Positions 38,501-49,530 of a stretch of DNA of 64,000 nucleotides are shown here, one piece after another (the stretch's first letter is position 1; each line of letters opens with the position of its first letter). The DNA lies in the NCBI GenBank assembly GCA_051362555.1, contig CM120640.1, forward strand, positions 2,728,001 through 2,792,000, given 5' to 3'. The translations under genes and the position numbers were made by a program. The notes beneath the pieces are model-generated. The model did not search any database, was not told where the DNA came from, and saw only the letters and a list, made by a program, of their open reading frames with translations. Source of the stretch: Lingula anatina (taxonomy: Eukaryota; Animalia; Brachiopoda).

Positions 38501-41500
38501 TGTTATCACAGCTCTATACCAGGCCTGGTCTTCACTGTACTGAGCACAGCAAGCCACACCCGGCTCAGGAGACACCAATTTGTTCTCATCTGGGCCCAGG
38601 ACTGAACAGGTGCTCTCCAACTGACTCATCAAAGGATCCAACTCCTTTTCAACACCTGATAACTGTACAAAGAAACAGGTGGGAGTCTCGACATGAGAGA
38701 TATAGGCTTTGGCAGTCTGGTTCACAGGGATCACTGGGGGTTGGATCTTCCTCCCTGAGAGTGTGGCGGGGTCTTGTATCTCTACAGAATGAGTTGAGCT
38801 TCTTCTAGAGGCTGGCTTCTCGGTGGCAAAGCCAAGCGCGACCAGTTCCTTTCCTATGTCAGTCTCTCCTTTAAGGACCCTGACATTGTATGGCTCCACC
38901 TCAGACTTGAATATCACTTTGATTTCCTGGTCTGAGGTCATTTCCTGGAACTTGGCACAAGCCTCTTGGGACCAGGAGCCACCATCTCCCACTGGGTTAG
39001 TCTTAGCTAGTGAACACTGTATTGCCAGGGCTGGAGTGTCCACATACTCCGCCTTCATCTCCTTGATGTTATCAAGGGTCAAGTTATCCCTGTTGCCAAA
39101 ATCTATAAACCTGACAACCACCTGAGAGTCGGTGACGTCAGTGACGCTGGCGCGGTACCAGGCTCCATCCTCAGAGAATTTGGCACAGCAGAGTTGGCCA
39201 ACGTTAACTCTGGGTAGCAATCTCTCCTCGGCTGTCATGGCGGAATATTCGACATTTAATCTTTCAACCAAGTTGTTCAGCTTGGGCTCATCCTTAGTGA
39301 GCTGTACACAGAAGTTACTTGGAGAGGCAACATGAGAGATATAACCAGGTTCCCCTTGTATGAATTCAGCTGAAGAGATCTCAGATGGATAAAGTTTTCC
39401 AAGTTCTTCATTTACATCGACTCCACTCCCTTTGACTGTCAGCTCAACCTGGCAGGTATCTCCTTTCTTTTCTATGCATTTGCAGCTTATATCTTTTCCG
39501 ACAACAAGTTTAGAAAACTCTGTCGTGGTCTGAGCAAGGGACACTGGGGTAAACCTGGACAAAGCACACTTCACAGCCTGGGCTTGCAAGTTCAAATACT
39601 CCTTCTTAACCTTTTTCACATTATCAGTCTGAACAACCTCGCTATTCCCGTAGTCTACAAAATGGACATCAACCTGGGTAGGGGATACCACTGATGTGAC
39701 AACTGCCCTGTACCACATGTTGTCCTCACTGAACTTGGCTGCACATGGGTTACCAGCAGACGGGTTGGGAAATATGTCTTGATCTAGTCCTAGTTTGGAG
39801 TAATACTCCTCTATACCCCACATCAGTTTATCCAGCTCAGCCGCCTGGGAGTTTAGCTGTACATAGAAATGCCCTGGGTTCTCAATGTGAGAGACTAAAA
39901 CATCTTGGGCATCACCCACCCCAAGGTTTGTTTCTTTATAAGCTAGATCTGAGGTCTGAGAAGCCGTTTCTGTATGAACTGGCAGAAAATCATCTCCATC
40001 ACCCCACTCGGCCTCGGATGGTTTGATAATTATGTCTCCACTACCGTCCCAAGTTCCTTTACCTCTTGATGGTGATGGTGGCTGTCCTCCAGAACGGCCC
40101 TCACCGCCACCTTTCCTGAAACCATCGCCTCTGTTTCCCCTGTCACCAAACCCTCCACTTCCATCATTTCTATCTTGAAATCTACCACTACCATGTCTAT
40201 CTTGTCCTCTCTGGAATCTGCTGTCCGTCCCTTGCCTGCTTTGGTAACCACTGTCCCGGTTCTCATGTCTTCTTTGAAAACCACCACCATCGTCTCTTCT
40301 GTTGTTGCCCTGTCGTGCACCAAAGCCACGCTCTTCACCTCCTCTAAAATCTCTCCCACCTCCTCCAAAATCTCTCCCACCAGCATCTCTCCCACCAGTA
40401 TCTCTCCCGCCTCCACCAAAATCTCTCCCACCAGTATCTCTCCCGCCTCCACCAAAATCTCTACCACCAGCATCTCTGCCTCCAAACCTTCTATTATCAT
40501 CTCGTCTTCCGCCTTGATTCTGAACTGATCTGGTGGGCTGCCATCCATCAGATGTATCAAAAGGAGGTCCTCTACTGCTATCATCACTTATACTGCTGGA
40601 CCTGGACCCATGGGAGGACTGCCGTGGTGAGGCACCTGAACGCTGCTCTCTTCTCTTATCCATTCTCCCATCTCTCCTGTCTGACTGATGTCTGCCAAAT
40701 CCTGAAGATGCTCCAGAACCACTGGACCTGTGACTGGAGGCATCCGACCCTTCTTTATGGTACTGCTTTGCCACACCAGCAGCAATCAGCTCATCAGCTG
40801 CACTTTTTCCTTCTGATGACTGTATATCCACCAAGTGAACATCTTTGGTTTTAGCAAGGATGTAACAAGTGGCACTTTCACCAATAAGATCCTCTAGTAA
40901 TACTCCAGCATCTATCAGCCATTCTCTGCCTATGGGTTCCACCCCCTTCAGCTTGCATTTGATCCCCTGGAGTGGTAGCTGGAGCAACTGTGGGTTGGTC
41001 TCCTTCACTTTGGCTCTGGGTATTAACTCACTGTTCCCATAATCAACAAAGTAAACCTGGACCTGATTGCCTCTAATGCCCTGCACTAGGCCTCTGTACC
41101 ATCCGCCATCTTTAGCATATTGCGCTACACAAGCAGCACCTTGGACAACGTTGAGCAGCACCTCTTCTGCATCTTGTAAACTAGAATATCGCTGTTCTAT
41201 TGCCTCCATTAACTCCATTAGGGAATTCTGGGATTCCACCAGCTGTACCCAAAACTCATGTGGACTAAGTACCCAGGAAGATATAACATCAACTTTTTGC
41301 CCACTATCAAAAGTCAGATCTGTGTATGGCTTTGGCACTCCGTAAGTGTGATGAGGTCCTCTAGGCTTTCTATCCTCTCTAGGTTGTACATCTCCTCGTG
41401 GAGGTGACTTAACCTGTCTTCCTACCATTCTTGGCGGTGGTTCATAGCCCCTCCTCTCTTCTCTATACCCACTGTCCCCTCCTCTTCCCTTAGAGGGCAT

Positions 41501-44500
41501 ACTTGGAGGGCTGGCATGTTCTGTTTGGGCAAATCCTTGCTCAACCAGGACCTTATTGATCATGTCATCTCCTGGTTTACTAGTGTCCAGGACTTCAACA
41601 GAGTAGCCACCATCTGGCATCTTGGACACAAGGGACACCACCTTAGTATCTTCTCCTAGCAACTCTTCCAGCTTATCCGTGGCCTGCTTGTTCCATTCTC
41701 GTCCCAGAGGTCTGACGTTATGAAGACTGCATTTTACAGCCTGGGCTGGCATGTCCATGAACTGTGGCAGCAGCTCCTTGATTCTATTCACAGAGATTGT
41801 CTCACAATTCCCAAAGTCTACATACTGAACTGTGGTAATGGAGTCGTCCACTGACTTAAGCTGTGCTCGATACCAGTGTTTATCCTCGGGGTACCAGGCG
41901 ACACAAGGCAGGCCCACCTGAGGATTGTCTATAGTACATTCTGTGTGCTGCATTGTCTTGTACTTGTCCTGCAAGGCATTCATTAGATGATCTATCAGTT
42001 CCTCCTGTTCGTGAAGATGGCAGTAGAACTCACTGGGGTTCAGGGTGTACACTGCCCTCATGTCTTTGAATTCACCATCCCTCAAAGGTAAGGAGACAAA
42101 TGCTGAAGCAAAAGTGCTGGCTGTGGGCACTTGTGTTTGATGGTGGCCCCTCCCTGGGCTCATCCTGCTAGAATTACCTGAACTTGATCCACCTGGACTT
42201 GGTCTACCTGACAGGGGCCTCCCTGGACTGGATCTATTTGATGGGGGCCTACCTGGACTAGGCCTACCTGAGCCTGGCCTACCTGAGCTTTGTCCACCTG
42301 GACTAGACCTTGCCCCACCTTGCTGACTACCTGGAGAACCAGATCCACCTCCAAAAGGAGACTGCTGCCTGACTGTTTCCCTCTCTGGGGGTAACTTCAC
42401 TGGAGTGCGACGCTTGTTAAGTTTTCCACAGCTGCTGCCAAACTGCTCGTTGAAATTCTGTCCATTGGCATCAAATAATTCTACAGAGAACAGTTCTTCA
42501 TTTTTCACATAAGAATCAAACAGGGCTGTGTAGACATGCTCTGCTGTGGCCTCCTCAAAGGCTTTCACCTGCTGCTGTGGCCAGTTGTCTTCAAAGCAAT
42601 GGACATCACTCAAGCTACAGTGGATACCTTGGATTGGAAGCTTCAAAAACTGAGGTGGAATGGACTTGAGGTTTTCCTGGGGGACGGTCTCATTGTTACC
42701 GTAGTCTACAAATGTCACCTCTGCCTTGCCATCTCTTTTGACACCTATGAGAAAAAAAAATAAATTCAAAATAAATTCAGTTATCCTGTGAAAGGAATTC
42801 TGTTTTGAAGATTCTTATTGTTAATACTTTTGTGATGACTTTCTGCAATTATATATCGAGCTTTCTGTGAAATATCAAAAACCATTCTATACACCACAGG
42901 CCTGAACACACCATGGTTCAAGAACTTATGAGAAAAGCGCTTTTAATTTTCCATTTTTCTTTTCATTAAAGTCCTTTACACATAATGACTTTCTGCATTT
43001 ATATCCAAATGCTTACTGTGAGATGTACCATACACCCCACACTATAACCCCCCGGGGTTCTTGTACCTGTAATAACAGCTCTATACCAGCCACTGTCCAC
43101 ACTGTACTGAGCTATACAACTGTAAGTCAATATTTTATAAAACACCCTTACACCCCACACTATAACCCCCCTCAGTTCCTGTACCTGTTATAACAGCTCT
43201 GTACCAGCCACTGTCCACACTGTACTGGGCTATACAGGGAATACCCAGACCATAGGTTTGCTGAAAATGTTCAAATTTAATAATACAGAAAACTTTAAAG
43301 ATGATGAATTAATATTCCATTAAATCCAAATAAATACTGTTCTTTCTTTATTTCATTGTCATTTTTTATGCATACATATCTAGTTGATAGCGAGGGATTA
43401 AGTTTTGTATTGCCACCACTGTAATTATTCAGTTAGAAGTGCTGGTGGGAATAGAAAATTATTTTAATCAAAGCAAAATTGTATCAGCTATTTTAATTTG
43501 GTAACTACATTTTGAGAAAAGCCATAACTTATTAGCAGGAGAAAAAAATACATAATAAAAATAAATATCAGTATGAATAACAAATGATACATTTGTATGC
43601 TCTCTCTATTTTGTTCAATACCTATATACATAAATATGACCTAATATAATGCAAATACATATCAGTTATGGGCAAGATGTAAGGATTTATTTTTATGATA
43701 GTATACAGACTCTATACCTACCAGCTGTCCCTCCCCAGGCTGTAGACTATTACAGTAGACATCTATATCCTCCATTAGCTGGTCTAGCTGTCCCATGGAG
43801 TGCTGGAGATGGCAGTAGAAGTCCTCAGGGTCCTGAACATGGACAACCTGAAGTTGGTGTCGCTGGCCATCACCAACTGTTATAGCTGGTTTGATGAAGT
43901 CAAGGTCTAAGTCACTGGAATTCAAATTCATTGTGCTTTTTTTATTTACTTTCTCAACTCAATTCAGTCAAAATTCTACATAGTTGGATATCATAAAGAA
44001 ACTACCGTAAGTAATTTTTCACAGTTGTAAACAACAAAGCCCCTAAATTTTCCTTTTTTTCTTTGTTTCTTAACATATTTCTGTTAGTTACAAAACAAAC
44101 CTTTTACTCTCAGCTTTGGCCTGGGTATTTCCTGGACTTGCTTGCTGAGCTGTGCTTGCCCTGGGAGCTGGTATACCCTGAGGTGGAAACACCTTCAGTA
44201 ACTCTGCATTATCTGGGTGTTCAGTGAGAGAAACTTCGTGGATATCTCCCATCTTCTCTGTAATACACACATGGATGGTCTTCTCCAGGAGCAGCTCCTC
44301 CAGACCCTCCACAGTGAGGCCAGGAGGGAGGTTGGGGAAACAGCAATTAATACCTGGGGAGGAGGAATTAAGTATCAGACATCAGTAATAACAAAGGTAA
44401 TATCTCTGGTGCAGTAATATATGTGTGGGGCCTGCACTTATAGCTTAAAAGAAAATAATCATGTTTTTATGAAAAACAAACCCTTTTTTATTTGGCTTCA

Positions 44501-47500
44501 TGACACATTTTGGAGATACTGGAAACAGCTTTTAATGGTCACTCAAACCAAAATTCCAATGGTCAAATTTTGGACAAAATGAACAAATGTAAATACCTGC
44601 TTAAACAACACTAGCTCAAAAAAAACAACTTTAACAGGACTTCCACACCGTGTCCATTACTGCTGTTACACAGGATAAGTTGTAAGAAAACCTTCAATTT
44701 TATGTGTATCAGTAATATAATAGTGATAAAGATAATATAATATACAATATAATCAGAAGTTCCAATCACCTTGCTGAGGCAGACTAAGATAAGGCTGTAC
44801 TAGACACTTGACTTCCCCCATCTGCTTGGTCTCCTTGTTTCCATAGTCCAGGAACTGTATCTCTACCTCACCATCAGCCCTGGCCCCTAACACTCTCACC
44901 CTGTACCACATGTCATCCCCTGAGAACTGGGCACACCCTATGTCACCAGGCTGGGGGGTGTGGCCACCACTGAACAGGTCTGAAAACATACAGTTTATAT
45001 ATGATATTACAGTGAAAACATAGCACACCCTATATCACCAGGCTGGGGGGTGTGGCCACCACTGAACAGGTCTGAAAACATACAGTTTATATATGATATT
45101 ACAGTGAAAACATAGCACACCCTATATCACAAGGCTGGGGGGTGTGGCCTCCACTGAACAGGTCTGGAAACATACAGTTTATAGTATATGATATTACAGC
45201 GAAAACATAGCACACCCTATATCACCAGGCTGGGGGGTGTGGCCACCACTGAACAGGTCTGAAAACATGCAGTTTATAGTATATGATATTATAGTGAAAA
45301 CATAGCACACCCTATATCACCAGGCTGGGGGGTGTGGCCTCCACTGAACAGGTCTGGAAACATACAGTTTATATATGATATTACAGTGAAAACATAGCAC
45401 ACCCTATATCACCAGGCTGGGGGGTGTGGCCACCACTGAACAGGTCTGAAAACATACAGTTTATAGTATATGATATTACAGTGAAAACATAGCACACCCT
45501 ATATCACCAGGCTGGGGGGTGTGGCCTCCACTGAACAGGTCTGGAAACATACAGTTTATATATGATATTACAGTGAAAACATAGCACACCCTATATCACC
45601 AGGCTGGGGGGTGTGGCCTCCACTGAACAGGTCTGAAAACATACAGTTTATATATGATATTACAGTGAAAACATAGCACACCCTATATCACCAGGCTGGG
45701 GGGTGTGGCCTCCACTGAACAGGTCTGAAAACATACAGTTTATATATGATATTACAGTGAAAACATAGCACACCCTATATCACCAGGCTGGGGGGTGTGG
45801 CCTCCACTGAACAGGTCTGAAAACATACAGTTTATATATGATATTACAGTGAAAACATAGCACACCCTATATCACCAGGCTGGGGAGTGTGGCCTCCACT
45901 GAACAGGTCTGAAAACATACAGTTTATATATGATATTACAGTGAAAACATAGCACACCCTATATCACCAGGCTGGGGGGTGTGGCCTCCACTGAACAGGT
46001 CTGAAAACATACAGTTTATATATGATATTACAGTGAAAACATAGCACACCCTATATCACCAGGCTGGGGAGTGTGGCCTCCACTGAACAGGTCTGGACAC
46101 ATAATTACCATATTTTGATATCAATCTTTAATAGGTCTGATGTGTCGAAATTTACAGCTGAACCATAGTACAATATACAAAGCTTACCTGGTACTGTATT
46201 GCTGCCATAATGATCATTTAGCTGCTGCATGAAGTTGTCTAGTGTCTCTGTCGGGTACTTGCACAGCTGGCCGTAGAAACTGTGAATGGAGCTGATGGCC
46301 GAGATGTACAGCGTCTCAGTGGCACCCTGGGTGACATCTGGGGAGGGAATACTACTGGCTGCTGGACTGGAGCTCTGCTGGTGGGATTCTGTAAAACCAT
46401 TCACATTTTGTTGCTGTGGCTTACTTATATTCGAAGGAATGGGTGCATTGTTGGGAACAGCTTGCTCAAAATGTGGGCTTATGGCATCTTTTCCGTCTGT
46501 GGTGTGCAAAGTGACTACATGCAATACACCCTTGGGAGTGGAGCTTGTGCTTTTTATCTGTGCAACTAGAGGGGTGGTAGAATCAAGCTGGAATAACCGG
46601 TTAATCTGTGCTGGGGTCCACTCTTGTTCACATCCACTCAAACCACACAGGAAAGCTTGTCTTGGCACTAACAGGTGCCCTGGGTCTATTTGGTAAAGCT
46701 GGGAGTCGCATCGAACAGTCTCTACTTTACCAAAGTCTACCAGTTCAACAGCGGCTGAGTCTCCCCAAGCGTTAATGATGTGAGCACGACAGAGAAGACC
46801 AGAAGGAAGTTTAGCTACACAAAAGGTGCCACTCTCACATGCAGGTAAACTAACAGCTCTGTCACTCTGGTAATAAGCGTCTAGGTCACACATTAGTTTG
46901 TCAAGCAATGGAGCGTTTTTGATCAACTGGCAATAGAACTGTCCTGGGTTCACTACATGGGATATACACACCCCCTCTTGCTCACCTTCACTGATCACCA
47001 GTCCCTCTATTTGCCCTGATGCACCTAACACCCCAGAGGGGGAAGCACCTGTTCCACTTTGGACTGCCCTCTCCAGGGAGCCATCATCACTCCATAACTG
47101 CACAGAATACATGTGGTTTGTTTTGGCTATGGCTTTGGCATGAAGGAGTTTATCCTGCACTAGTTCTTGAAATATCTCTGGCTCCAATTTCCATGGCACT
47201 TTACATGATATAGCTTGGCAGGGAAGGCTGCACATATTTTCTGGTATCTGTTTTAGAGCATTTACTGCTATAAATTCACTATTTCCATAGTCTACAAAGT
47301 GTACTTCACACATGTCATCAGGCAGCAGCGTGGTCACTCTAGCTCTGTAGAAAGCTCCATCCTCACTGTACTTGGCTACACAGAAGGCTCCCACCTCCGC
47401 AGACTGCAGCGAGGGAAAACTGTCTGATTTCTCCAGCTCTGCCATCACCTTCATCAGTTTGTCTTCTTCACTTGACAGCTGAACCCAAAACAAACACGGA

Positions 47501-48234
47501 CCCTCAGAATGGCTGATGTAAACGTCAACTTGAACATTTTGCTCCAACTCCATTCTCCTTATCTCTGTCCTTACATTATCACTGGGGGCATTAACTGCTG
47601 CTCCACAGCTGTCACTTATTGCCTCACCACAGCCATGGGAAATAAGCTCAGCAATGAGCAGTTCAGGTGACTGCAGATCTTTATACAACTCCATCACCAG
47701 CCTTGAACCCTGGGAACTTTGAACTGTGTCCAGAACCAACCCAGCACATTCACAGTACTCCAGTCTCCCTGTTATATGCTCAGTTTCTTGTGCAGACCAT
47801 TGGTTGTTATCTGTGGGACCAAAGTTAGCAAGGACACACTGAAAAGCTTGGGCTGGTAAACTGAAACAACTGTTCTTGAGACGGATATTACTAAGGGACA
47901 CAGCTTCAACATTGCCATAATCTATGAAATATACCCTGGCTGCATTTTCATCTGGATTTAAGCCTTCAACCCTTGCCCTGTACCACTTTTGATCTTCTTG
48001 AGACTGTGCTAAGCACAGGTCCCCTGGGTGTAAGTCAGAGGGCTGTGGGATGGTGGTCTGGTCACTTTCAAGCCCAGCCACAGCTGTCTCCACTGCTGTC
48101 TCCACCTGGTGGGCTGCAGGGGCATCAATCTGGGCCCAGAAGATGCAGCTCTTTCCCTGGGCCACCACATGGGTGATATAAGCCTCAAGTCTGGTGCCGG
48201 AGTTTGGCAACTGCTGGGCTGGTAAGGCCGTCAT
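32557..48234 (-). CDS. Giant multi-Tudor-domain protein (Tudor/TDRD6/TDRD15-like), ~3,470 aa, 14 extended Tudor domains, 14 coding exons
   Basis: Exons 48234-46188, 44979-44770, 44353-44101, 43914-43722, 43260-43185, 42744-38161, 37902-36733, 36308-36140, 35759-34637, 34305-34140, 33822-33617, 33222-33126, 32916-32836, 32600-32557 join in frame. There are 14 copies of the SPxxFxxQL...CxAxY/FxxDxxWYRAxV...V/IxF/YVDYGN pattern (the third is degenerate). The last three junctions are less certain. Confidence 0.92.
33285..33501 (-). mobile_element. MITE-like repeat family copy in a Tudor gene intron
   Basis: Reverse complement reads CAGGCCTGTAGCCATC ... poly-G ... TTTTTCTGAAAAAGTGGAC. Confidence 0.6.
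34064..34165 (-). repeat. 33-bp triplication spanning an exon 3' end and its splice donor
   Basis: CACAGGCCATTGCTTATTTTAAGG|GTAAGATA three times. Donor GT at 34139-34138, 34106-34105 and 34073-34072. Confidence 0.92.
35870..35940. repeat. 37-bp intronic tandem duplication
   Basis: ttcca(c/t)tgatac(t/c)tcacctttaaatttaatgtac occurs twice. Confidence 0.85.
40340..40485 (-). repeat. Coding tandem repeat encoding GGRD(F/T/A) units
   Basis: GGRDAGGRDFGGGGRDTGGRDFGGGGRDTGGRDAGGRDFGGGGRDF within the 4.6-kb exon. Confidence 0.9.
43031..43236 (-). repeat. 118-bp-period duplication of an exon 3' half plus donor and intron start
   Basis: 43031-43118 duplicates 43149-43236. Second donor GTACAA at 43066-43061. 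Confidence 0.9.
44931..46103 (-). repeat. 92/95-bp tandem array (13 acceptor-bearing units) made of an intron 3' end plus the first 49 nt of the downstream exon
   Basis: Acceptor AG (ct on +) at 44980, 45072, 45164, 45259, 45354, 45446, 45541, 45633, 45725, 45817, 45909, 46001 and 46093. Confidence 0.96.
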
Positions 48235-49104
48235 CTTGGCTTAAGAACTAGAAAAGAAATAAAATAAAAAGACTACTAATGCCAACTTGAGAACAGTTCC
48301 TGCTATCGATTTCATGTTATCAATTAAATGTCTATTATGTGTTGTAGTAAAATGTCCCTTGTGTCCATTAGAATTATATTCACTTCAGGCACACATTTTA
48401 AAATCAAGTAGGAATTTGTAGATCCAGGGTATAAAGGTAGAGAGGGCAGAGATGAAATAGTTTGCTACTTGCCAAGTTGGACAATTACAGGTTAGACTTT
48501 ATCATTTTAAAAATATACTAAATGGTCCAACTTAGGAATCGGCCTGTTCAAGAATTACTAGTCAGAGTTAAAAAGAAAAGGAAGTAAGTTTGCATGCTCA
48601 TAATTATGTTATAATCACATTGTGGGATCTTTAGATATGGTGACGTTGTAGGAATGACCAAGTAAACAAGATATTATGGCAAGAGTTTCACATTTCGACT
48701 TAATCAACAGTAAAAAACCAATGCTTTTTGGCAACGTATGAAGTCAAAGCCAGAGGTAAGATAAAAGATATATTCCTCTCTGCAACAGAGGCAAACATGA
48801 AGCTTCATAAACCAAATGTGAATACAAAATAAAACATACAGTACATGTACATGTAAATGCTATGTGAAACGTGGTTCCCACGTACAACTGTATTGATGCT
48901 GATCAAGTTTCGGAAATAGCCCACATTACTTGAATTACAACATGCAAATTTCGAGTCCATATTACTACGTGTACTTTAAATAATTAAGCAGGTAATAAAG
49001 GGCAATAAAATAGCTGAAAGCGGTGGCAGTGGCAGGTGTCTAGTAGCAGCACCAGTTCCTGCGAGTTCAATTTAATTTAGCTTTACAAAACTGAAATTTG
49101 TGAT

Positions 49105-49530
49105 TGTAAAATGGCTGCTAGTATACTCACAGGCACTTTTATGTCAAAAAGAGAGAGTGACTATATAATTTCAAGCACTGTAAAGTTTTTGCAAGGGTCT
49201 TCTACACCGCAACATCTAAATTTCTGTCAAAAAATATTTCACATGCTGCAACCTTCCCACAATCCTCTTCACTTCCGGTTTATTTCGCGCCAACGATTAA
49301 AATTCCAAGGAGTCATCATCAATTTCTCGTGGCCCCTTCTTCTTCATCTTTTTCCTCTCCTTCATCTTCATCTTCTTTTTTTATTTAATAGAATTTGATT
49401 AATCTATAACGGCCGATAGCCAGTTAAACACTCACAAAAGCCAATGAAACATTTTCATTCAGAGCATTAAAAATTTTGAAACAGAAATGTTAAAAAAATA
49501 CTCGTTTTAATTTGGACACGTTTGAAATGA
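49105..49530 (-). promoter_or_regulatory. Probable promoter and non-coding first exon of the Tudor gene
   Basis: Donor GTGAGT at 49130-49125 pairs with acceptor 48249-48248, 13 nt before the ATG. ETS ACTTCCGG at 49271-49278, E2F TTTCGCGC at 49283-49290, CCAAT at ~49441, TTTGAA at ~49476 and ~49521, YY1-like AAAATGGCTGC at ~49108. Confidence 0.55.

Noticed and set aside
37161-42763. Many antisense and alternate-frame ORFs, including the 185-aa ORF at 40030-40587
   Set aside because: Shadows of the long GC-richer Tudor exons and their low-complexity repeats.
44931-46103. CRISPR-like appearance of the regular arrays (also 6773-7044 and 13970-15815)
   Set aside because: Units are fully repeated with no unique spacers, there are no cas genes, and the context is eukaryotic introns.
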